Part shown: in pieces, positions 1 through 6,419 of the stretch | How the letters are laid out: every line of letters begins with the position of its first letter | Position numbering within the stretch: the stretch's first letter is position 1 | IMG/VR virus record: IMGVR_UViG_3300020227_000038 | Location: 1-12,445 of that record | DNA: 12,445 nt | Reading direction: 5' to 3' (one strand) | Origin: a virus | Position numbers and translations under genes: made by a program | The notes under the pieces: generated by a model | Told to the model about the DNA's origin: nothing | The model's database searches: none | What the model saw: the letters and a program-made list of their open reading frames with translations, nothing else

Positions 1-40
1 GATAGTAGTACCCCCCTATAATAAAATGTAATTCCCCAAT

Positions 41-94
41 GAGCTACTAAGTAAATAATAAATATAATATAGGGAGCTACTAAGTAAATAATAA
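41..94. repeat. Tandem direct repeat of a 21-mer, GAGCTACTAAGTAAATAATAA (41-61 and 74-94, period 33 bp), mirrored at 12352-12405
   Basis: Exact 21-nt match read directly from the sequence. It contains the GCTACTAA core that recurs through the ITR. Confidence 0.85.
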
Positions 95-346
95 TATTAT
101 AGAGAGAGTACATAGAATAATATATATATGTAAAGTGTAATGATACACGGAGTGTAATAATAAATGTAATATAGAGTGGTGGGTGGTGAGTAACTAATAT
201 TGTATAATAGGTGGTTGTGTGATATGATTATTATAACGTAGTGTGCTACTAAGAAAGTAAGAGAGTGTACGATAGTGAAGGGAAGATGTAAATGGGTTAA
301 AACATCTATGACTACGTACACTCAATGTTACAGTGTGTATAACTAT

Positions 347-375
347 ATTATATCATAGAATTAATATAATATCAA
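347..375 (-). promoter_or_regulatory. Candidate sigma-A-type promoter in the left ITR, firing outward toward the genome end
   Basis: Minus strand reads TTGATA (375-370), a 17-nt spacer, then TGaTATAAT (-10 hexamer 352-347). This gives a 5/6 match at -35, 6/6 at -10, plus an extended -10 TG. It is the mirror copy of 12071-12099. Confidence 0.45.
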
Positions 376-392
376 GTATATAGAGTAACACG

Positions 393-498
393 CACAGGAG
401 GTTGTATAAGGCTGTCTGAGGAGCTACTAACGTGTTTAGGTATAAATGGTCTAGGTGATAGTAAAAAGCTCTCTACGGGGCTCCTGAGACCTCCTGTG
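393..498. other. Long imperfect inverted repeat / RNA stem-loop inside the ITR (mirror copy at 11948-12053)
   Basis: CACAGGAGGT (393-402) pairs perfectly with ACCTCCTGTG (489-498). CTGAGGAGC (416-424) pairs with GCTCCTGAG (480-488) with one mismatch. There is a 13-nt one-sided bulge and an apical region of about 55 nt. It lies 28 nt downstream of the stop of the 220-aa gene. Confidence 0.55.
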
Positions 499-525
499 GT
501 GTGTCTAGTGTGCTACTAACGTGAA

Positions 526-1188
526 TTAGAATATTAACTGACCTACTAACTGAATGGTGTCCTTGTATATGTGTTCATTAAGTACTTCTTCGTTGAGTAG
601 GTCGATTGCTTTACGTCTGTCGTCAATGCGGTTGTTTAATGAACCTTTCGTTTGGTTTGTTCTTTCTTTCGTGTTACTTGTGGTTCCTGTGTTCGTAGTC
701 TGGTCATCTATGTTGTTGGTATCCTTCGTAGCATTGCTCCACTCTTCACTATTGAACCCTGTCACTTCATTGGTTCTAGTGTCACTTGCAGTCCTACCTT
801 GAGTGTGGTCAATCTCAGTATCATCAATAACGCTTTCTGTGGTGTTGGATACGTAAGAGTCTAGGTCTAGCTTCTCATTGTAGATGTCGTACAGGTTATT
901 CCATTTCTGACTGTACATACCATACAAGAGGGTTGCTACCTGTTTCAGACCTTCCTCTGTTACCTCATCTTTGATGATTCTCTGTACTGGTTGTGATACT
1001 ACCCTACTACCATAAAAGGTGATGAATGTAAGGTCTATTGTGCTTATATCGAGTACGTTACTGAATGGTAGGGGCTCTATCTCGTTCATGTAGTGGAATA
1101 ACCCTTTACCGTCCTTAAACAGGTCATATACCTTCAACTGGTCTTCTTCAGTAACGAATGTAGGTAGGTATCCTCGTCTGTAACTCAT
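526..1188 (-). CDS. Virion structural protein, possibly lower collar / head-tail adaptor (product uncertain)
   Basis: 220-aa ORF. Its ATG overlaps the holin stop in an ATGA, which suggests translational coupling. An AAAGGA sequence lies upstream. It sits downstream of the portal, like gp11 after gp10 in phi29. It has a T/N/D-rich central segment and a helical C-terminus. Coding status is likely; the product is a weak inference. The last 37 codons lie inside the ITR. Confidence 0.55.
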   Translation of the reverse strand: MSYRRGYLPTFVTEEDQLKVYDLFKDGKGLFHYMNEIEPLPFSNVLDISTIDLTFITFYGSRVVSQPVQRIIKDEVTEEGLKQVATLLYGMYSQKWNNLYDIYNEKLDLDSYVSNTTESVIDDTEIDHTQGRTASDTRTNEVTGFNSEEWSNATKDTNNIDDQTTNTGTTSNTKERTNQTKGSLNNRIDDRRKAIDLLNEEVLNEHIYKDTIQLVGQLIF

Positions 1189-1580
1189 CTCTTTTCATCC
1201 TTTCTCATGTATTGTTGTATTGGATTCTCGTCCTCGTCATATTGCTTCTTCTTGTTCTTGATGTGGGACTTAACCCAGCTAGGTACCGGTAATCCTATTG
1301 CTTCCCAGTTCTCAATAATGGATAGTCCATATTGGAAGATGTAGAATCCTATGAAGGTGTTAGCTATTACTCCAAGTTCAAATATTGGTGCAAACATTGT
1401 TAGTATGCTGATTGTGATTAGAACGAGCATATGTTTCAGGAGACCTACAATTCCTATTGAGGAGTTCAGTCTTTTCTGAATAATTGCTCTTGTTGTTCCT
1501 GCTATGATGTCTAGGACTACTACGATGATTAGGAACTTGAAGTATGGGTTAATCAGTAACCCTGATAGTAATGCTTCCAT
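1185..1580 (-). CDS. Holin (phage_holin_4_1 / phi29 gp14-like class, three predicted TM segments)
   Basis: 131 aa counted from the ATG at 1580, which has GGAG 8 nt upstream. The track's TTG start at 1586 has no usable spacing. Hydrophobic segments: FKFLIIVVVLDIIAG, LKHMLVLITISILTMFAPIF, VIANTFIGFYIFQYGLSIIEN. The C-terminal tail is charged (KNKKKQYDEDEN). The pattern LD..AG....A......SS...G..K ... S..EN....G.P is typical of this holin family. Confidence 0.75.
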   Translation of the reverse strand: MEALLSGLLINPYFKFLIIVVVLDIIAGTTRAIIQKRLNSSIGIVGLLKHMLVLITISILTMFAPIFELGVIANTFIGFYIFQYGLSIIENWEAIGLPVPSWVKSHIKNKKKQYDEDENPIQQYMRKDEKR

Positions 1581-1699
1581 CGACAATGCTCCGTTCGTTT
1601 GTATTTCCCCCTAATGTCCATTGGCTAGTTATCTATCGTCTAGTAAGATGTAACCCGCTAGGGTGAAGAGGTAGACTAGCAGGAGTATGTACCCTGCTG

Positions 1700-3058
1700 T
1701 CATTTCTTATCTTCCTCTTCGTCTTCTTCCTTATCTTCTTCTTCGTCTTCCTCTTCTTCATCTTCTTCTATCTGTGTATCGTCCTCTACGTCTACTTGTT
1801 CATCCCTAGCAACGTCCGTTTCATCCTTAATTCCATCCTCTTCTGTCGATACATCTCCGTCTGTTTCTTCATCTGAGCTATCTCCTGTGGAGTCTGCGGA
1901 TACTTCACTTGGTTCGTCATTAGTTTCTTCTTCCCCTTCCTCTGTATTATCTTCCTGTGTCTCTGTAACCTCTTCTACTGGCTCTACATTGTCTTCCTCT
2001 AGGTCATCTGAACGCTCTGGAGATGACATTGAACCATTAGGATTAAGGGTATCTTCTTTAGATGATTCATAAATTTCTTCGTTATCCTGAGCTAACTCTT
2101 CTTCAGGTTGTACTTCTGTTCCTTCTAACTCTTCATCTTGTAGATGTAACTGAGAGTCTCCCATACCTAAATCCTTAGTATTAATTGATTCACCTTGATT
2201 AACTCGGTAATCCCATGAAGAGTTAAATTCTACAGTGATGTTCAATCCATACTTTTTATTGATTTCTTCTAGTGCTAATCTGCGGTGCTCTAACATGTTA
2301 TCTACTAGTGGATACAGGTTATCTGAGTTCATTTCTACTTCACTAGTATTCAATCTTTCTCGTTTCATGTTGTAGTTAGCATTAAGCCCGATTTCATTGT
2401 ACATACTAGCTTTCAAGTACTGCTGTAACTCGATTAGTTCTGTTAGGTTTACGTGTCCACCTGAGCCCATTGGAGAGGTCTTTAGTGAGTCGAATAGTTT
2501 AGATTCAAAGATGTAACCTAAATCCCCTTCCTCTAACTTCTTCAGGTATACTCTAGCTGACTCTGCGGTGTTGTCATCTGCTACACTAATGAGGTTGTTG
2601 ACACGTTTACTGATACTAGCTAGAATCATTGTTATTTCATTTTCATTCATGATTGTGCTATACTTGGAGAAGATAGGGATAAGACCCATCATCATAGTAT
2701 CGTTTCTCATTAGGATTACATCTTCATCAATCTTTAGAGTAGCGTTAAACTTCAACCAAGGGTTAGCTACTGTCATGATGGTTGGTCTACCATAGGCATC
2801 GTACATACCTCCTAGACCTCCATATACTGCGTATAGCTTACCATTTACCTCTGTGATACCTGCATATCCATTTGTTTGTAGGATACGCTCTAATTCGATT
2901 GCAGGGATTGAATCCGGTAGGTTATGGTACTTGAACATTAGTAAACTTCTGTTCAGCATGTATAGAACGTTGTTTCTTACGTTTACATCCTTTTCGGTTC
3001 TATCCCAAGGTATTCCATCTATCCCTGAGTAGATACCCCAATCATATCTGTTACTCAT
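1700..3058 (-). CDS. Portal (upper collar / connector) protein, phi29 gp10-like core with a 156-aa polyacidic C-terminal extension
   Basis: 452 aa. SD-like GAAAGGATG lies upstream. By eye it resembles phi29 gp10: LYMLNRSLLMFKYHNLPDSIP..LERILQTNGYAGI versus [28 protein letters not shown], and KRERLNTSEV...INKKYGLNITVEF versus KKERMVTDEV...INELYGLNVKVKF. The phi29 sequence is recalled from memory. The gene lies directly downstream of the packaging ATPase. Confidence 0.8.
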   Translation of the reverse strand: MSNRYDWGIYSGIDGIPWDRTEKDVNVRNNVLYMLNRSLLMFKYHNLPDSIPAIELERILQTNGYAGITEVNGKLYAVYGGLGGMYDAYGRPTIMTVANPWLKFNATLKIDEDVILMRNDTMMMGLIPIFSKYSTIMNENEITMILASISKRVNNLISVADDNTAESARVYLKKLEEGDLGYIFESKLFDSLKTSPMGSGGHVNLTELIELQQYLKASMYNEIGLNANYNMKRERLNTSEVEMNSDNLYPLVDNMLEHRRLALEEINKKYGLNITVEFNSSWDYRVNQGESINTKDLGMGDSQLHLQDEELEGTEVQPEEELAQDNEEIYESSKEDTLNPNGSMSSPERSDDLEEDNVEPVEEVTETQEDNTEEGEEETNDEPSEVSADSTGDSSDEETDGDVSTEEDGIKDETDVARDEQVDVEDDTQIEEDEEEEDEEEDKEEDEEEDKK

Positions 3059-3073
3059 TTAGTTTCATCCTTT

Positions 3074-4192
3074 CTACATTTTCTTACATTCATTAAGATA
3101 GTTGTTGATTGCATCTCCTACTGAGTTATCCTGATAGAAGACCTTATCAGTCTTGAAGAACCATGCTATAGCTTTACCTGCCTTGTGGTGCGGTTTAAAG
3201 ATGTTCCTACAATAGTTTAACTTGTGACTGTATTCTAGTGAGTAGACTATATCTTTATCCTCATTCTTGATTGGTGTAGTCTTATCATGGATGTAGGTAA
3301 ACATTTCTCCATCTTTCTCTATGATTTCACATTGATATATGTTATCATCGAATTTGATGAAGTATCTTAGCTGTACATCCTTGTGAGTGTACTTAACAGG
3401 TAAGTGCGGGTATAAGTCTAATTCCCATGCACCTGTTGTAATCATCTGTAGCTTAGGGTTGTCAAATGCAAAGTATACGTTACTGCCCTTGGACTCTCCC
3501 ATACTAGCACAATACTCAACCGCTACTTTCAGTTCTGAATCTCCGTAGGTGTAAACCTCGATGGAACCTTGCTTCATGTCAGCTACTTTAGTAAGTCCCA
3601 TCTCTTTAAAATAAGGACTGTATTTGTTTACTGTGTTACCTAGCATGAAGATTGTAACATCTTTCCTGTCACGAACGATAGTAGATAAGGTGTTCATGAA
3701 GTTTACAAACTCGTTAGGAAGGTAAGCCCCTCTTGTCATAAACTCATCGAATACGATTGTTCTAACATTAGGGAAGGAGATGGACTTGTTATGCTCTGTA
3801 TCTGATAGTGCAAACAGGTGACAGAATATATCATCTTGGTTGTATAGTGGTTTATTATCTTCATCATAGTTACAGAAGTAGAACTTACTTGCATAGTAGT
3901 AAATCCCTTCGTACTTCCCATCGGACAACTTGTATACTTCGTTATTCTGTAGGATGGCTGTGAAGATGTCTCTAGCTCTGTTACCACGTATATCTTCCTG
4001 CCAACGTCTTATGATAGCCATTTCTCCACCGTGACCTTGGAAGTACTCTTTGATACCGTTTTTGAGTGCTGCATAGGTCTTACCGTTGGAACGTTCACCG
4101 ATGATTACGTTATAGTGAGCTTCTACTCCTAGAATCTTGTTCAGACTGTAATACTGATTCTTAGGTTGTTTCTTCTTGGTCTTCGTTGCCAT
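3074..4192 (-). CDS. DNA packaging (encapsidation) ATPase, phi29 gp16-like
   Basis: 372 aa with AAAGGAG upstream. Walker A is IIGERSNGKTY and Walker B is RTIVFDEF. The block FPNVRTIVFDEFMTRGAYLPNEFVNFMNTLSTIVRDRKDVTIFMLGNTVNKYSPYF closely parallels phi29 gp16 YPNVSTIVFDEFI..YIPNEVSALLNLMDTVFRNRERVRCICLSNAVSVVNPYF (from memory). Confidence 0.85.
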   Translation of the reverse strand: MATKTKKKQPKNQYYSLNKILGVEAHYNVIIGERSNGKTYAALKNGIKEYFQGHGGEMAIIRRWQEDIRGNRARDIFTAILQNNEVYKLSDGKYEGIYYYASKFYFCNYDEDNKPLYNQDDIFCHLFALSDTEHNKSISFPNVRTIVFDEFMTRGAYLPNEFVNFMNTLSTIVRDRKDVTIFMLGNTVNKYSPYFKEMGLTKVADMKQGSIEVYTYGDSELKVAVEYCASMGESKGSNVYFAFDNPKLQMITTGAWELDLYPHLPVKYTHKDVQLRYFIKFDDNIYQCEIIEKDGEMFTYIHDKTTPIKNEDKDIVYSLEYSHKLNYCRNIFKPHHKAGKAIAWFFKTDKVFYQDNSVGDAINNYLNECKKM

Positions 4193-4274
4193 AGGCTTTA
4201 CTCCTTTCTTGGTAGTCTCTTGTATATAATATAGCAGATGTGTAACTTATATCTCTATCCTACCTTCTATATAT

Positions 4275-4303
4275 ATTATAACATAAATATAAGGAAAAGT
4301 CAA
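4275..4303 (-). promoter_or_regulatory. Late promoter for the ATPase-portal-holin-220aa unit
   Basis: Minus strand reads TTGACT (4303-4298), a 17-nt spacer, then TGtTATAAT (-10 hexamer 4280-4275). It sits immediately after the polymerase stop. It is nearly identical to the plus-strand promoter at 7965-7993. Confidence 0.65.
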
Positions 4304-4305
4304 TG

Positions 4306-6402
4306 CTACAGACGCTTCCGACCCTTGTAAACATAGCCTTTCTGAGTGTTTTCTAGGAACTGAATATAGGTCTCTGTTAGGCTTAATGTGAAGGCTTCAC
4401 CCTCTAAGTGGACTCCACTTTTAGGTTCGACTGTAGCAGTGTTACCTTGATAATCTGTAACATCTACAATACACTTGTGGTCAATGTACGTATGGGACAT
4501 GTCTCCGGTCTCTTCTGCGGGAATGTGTAGGTTATCATCAAAGGCTTCCATAACCGCTATATTATCCTTGTGGAGCTTCTTCAGGTAGTCTAATCCATTC
4601 TCTTTCAGACCTGAACAAGTAATCTCTAATTCTTTACTATCAGCATGTTCCACAATGTACCTTTTAGCACCTAGATTCTTAAACATAGAGTAGTGACCAT
4701 CAAACTCCCATACACCTATAGGCTTCCTAACCCCTTCAATAGTCTTTGGTTGAAGTCTGTTATAGTCTATGTTATAATGATTACACATGAGTTGTACCTT
4801 CTTTGTGATACGCTTGTTGTACCATTCAAAGTATCGTTGGTGCTTCTCATAGTTGGTGAATTTGATTGCATCTGTATCTGAATAGATGTAATCCTCACCG
4901 ATAGCCATGATTCCAGTCCATAGGTTCCTACGTGCATATGCGGTGATGAATACACCCCACGGATAGTATAAGAAGCGGTTAAAGCTATCATTATGCCTAG
5001 TAATCACTTCATCAATCTCACTATCCTCAATGTCTTCTACTTCCCAGTTACCATCATCGTATACATCTGCACCCTTTACAATATCAGTTACTGTCATTCC
5101 AAAGATACTATTGAGCATTGTCTTAGATAGTACGTACTCTAATTCTTTACCTTTAACATCTTTCAGTTCTGTCTTCTTTTCATATAGTTCAATGATGGAT
5201 TCAATGATTGGTTTAGGTAAGTAACTTTTGAAGAACCCACACACGTTAGCTATCTGAATATTCTCCCAACTGTAAGCCTGACTGATAATGTCATAATCTA
5301 CATCTGTGATAGTCATAATCAATTCATCTGCGGAGAACACTCTTCCATTGTTGATGATTGGATTCTTTAATCGTAAGCAATGACTCTCTGAGATGTAGTT
5401 CTCATATTGAGTCTTACTGATAATATCCTTGAACCTTACAGTAAAGATAAGATTGTATTTCTTCATAGCTTCCTTTAAGTTGAAATCCTTATCTACCTTA
5501 ATCTTGAATGGTTTAGACATTGGGAACATTTCAGATACCATAACTGCGGGATAGGAACTGGATAAATCCATACTGTAGACATCCTTTAGTATCTTACCTG
5601 ATTCATTGGCATTAGCATGAACGTATCCACCTTGGAAAGCATTTCTACAAGCTAGGTATGTTTCTCTGTCTAACTGTAAGTCCTTCATTAGTTGTCTGTA
5701 CTTGTAGCTCTTGTTCCTATCTCGTTTACCATTGGTATTGTGACAGTTATCTCTAACGTATTCACGTACCCTAGAAGTGTTGGTATTCGGTATCCTGTCT
5801 ACCTGTTTATAGATGGACAACTGTTCATTTATATAGTATAATAGTATTAGAACATCATGTTCTATATAGCTCCATTCCTCTTCAGTTAATTCAGTTTCAT
5901 GGTGTCTGATTAAGTTGAAATCTAAGTCCCCACTCTTTTTCTCTATATCATGGTGGACAAGATTCTTAGCAAGGGTTTCTAAGTTCATACCGGATAGGAT
6001 TAGTGAGTCCCTAAATTCAATTCCACTCTTAGTAAGTGCCTTGATTGGTTTACGACTATCAACGGAAAACACATGTTCCCATTTGAAATACTTTCTCATA
6101 AACTGGAACTCATATCCTAAGTTGTGGACGTAGACTACTAGGTTCCTGTCCTTACTTAGCTTGAAGTGTTCAACTAGCTTATCACATAATTGTAGGAAGT
6201 CATCCCATGTTCTTCCTCTGTAGATGAAGTTCTCATCCTTGATTCCAAACACCCACGCATACATGAAAGCAGTCTTTTCATCTTCATCTATATACATGGA
6301 AGTTGATTCAATATCGAAAGCGGCTTCTATATTAATGTAGGTTTTTCTACCCTTCTTCCTACTCTTAATTGTTTCGTACTGCAACCCATTTAAGTCATAC
6401 AT
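4306..6402 (-). CDS. Protein-primed family-B DNA polymerase (pPolB)
   Basis: Motifs present: Exo I FDIES, Exo II HNLGYEFQF, Exo III YIEHDVLIL, motif A DLSSSYP, motif B KTMLNSIFG, motif C YSDTDAI, KxY GAKRY. I prefer the ATG at 6402, where AAAGGGTG lies 6 nt upstream. The track's GTG at 6411 abuts the SD. This gives 698 aa. Confidence 0.9.
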   Translation of the reverse strand: MYDLNGLQYETIKSRKKGRKTYINIEAAFDIESTSMYIDEDEKTAFMYAWVFGIKDENFIYRGRTWDDFLQLCDKLVEHFKLSKDRNLVVYVHNLGYEFQFMRKYFKWEHVFSVDSRKPIKALTKSGIEFRDSLILSGMNLETLAKNLVHHDIEKKSGDLDFNLIRHHETELTEEEWSYIEHDVLILLYYINEQLSIYKQVDRIPNTNTSRVREYVRDNCHNTNGKRDRNKSYKYRQLMKDLQLDRETYLACRNAFQGGYVHANANESGKILKDVYSMDLSSSYPAVMVSEMFPMSKPFKIKVDKDFNLKEAMKKYNLIFTVRFKDIISKTQYENYISESHCLRLKNPIINNGRVFSADELIMTITDVDYDIISQAYSWENIQIANVCGFFKSYLPKPIIESIIELYEKKTELKDVKGKELEYVLSKTMLNSIFGMTVTDIVKGADVYDDGNWEVEDIEDSEIDEVITRHNDSFNRFLYYPWGVFITAYARRNLWTGIMAIGEDYIYSDTDAIKFTNYEKHQRYFEWYNKRITKKVQLMCNHYNIDYNRLQPKTIEGVRKPIGVWEFDGHYSMFKNLGAKRYIVEHADSKELEITCSGLKENGLDYLKKLHKDNIAVMEAFDDNLHIPAEETGDMSHTYIDHKCIVDVTDYQGNTATVEPKSGVHLEGEAFTLSLTETYIQFLENTQKGYVYKGRKRL

Positions 6403-6419
6403 TAAATTCACCCTTTGCT

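Larger units (their letters stand above)
1..639. repeat. Left inverted terminal repeat (ITR), 639 bp
   Basis: 1-639 is the reverse complement of 11807-12445. I checked 1-60, 386-445 and 600-639 base by base. The identical 74-aa ORF translations at 97-321(-) and 12125-12349(+) confirm the middle. Identity ends after TTAA at 636-639 / 11807-11810. Confidence 0.95.

Noticed and set aside
41-94. Possible CRISPR-like or iteron array from the 21-bp repeat with 33-bp period
   Set aside because: There are only two copies, the spacer is 12 bp, and no cas genes are present. It is a terminal-repeat motif, not a CRISPR array.
97-321. 74-aa ORF in the ITR (also 12125-12349 on the plus strand), identical at both ends
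   Set aside because: It starts at GTG with no Shine-Dalgarno site and has no ATG in frame. Its composition is low-complexity (YYIYYYT, IIII). It lies on a strand almost devoid of G, which removes TGA/TAG stops and makes long ORFs likely by chance. I keep a small residual doubt because a good promoter sits about 20 nt upstream; see the ITR promoter finding.
554-864. Plus-strand ORFs 554-802 and 652-864, antisense to the 220-aa gene
   Set aside because: They are shadow ORFs inside a better-supported gene, with no SD and low-complexity S/L/V-rich translations.
1678-1698. 6-bp hairpin (AGCAGG/CCTGCT, 9-nt loop) immediately after the portal stop codon
   Set aside because: The stem is short and no U-tract follows on the transcribed strand. 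This is too weak to call a terminator, though it may be a minor attenuator between portal and holin.
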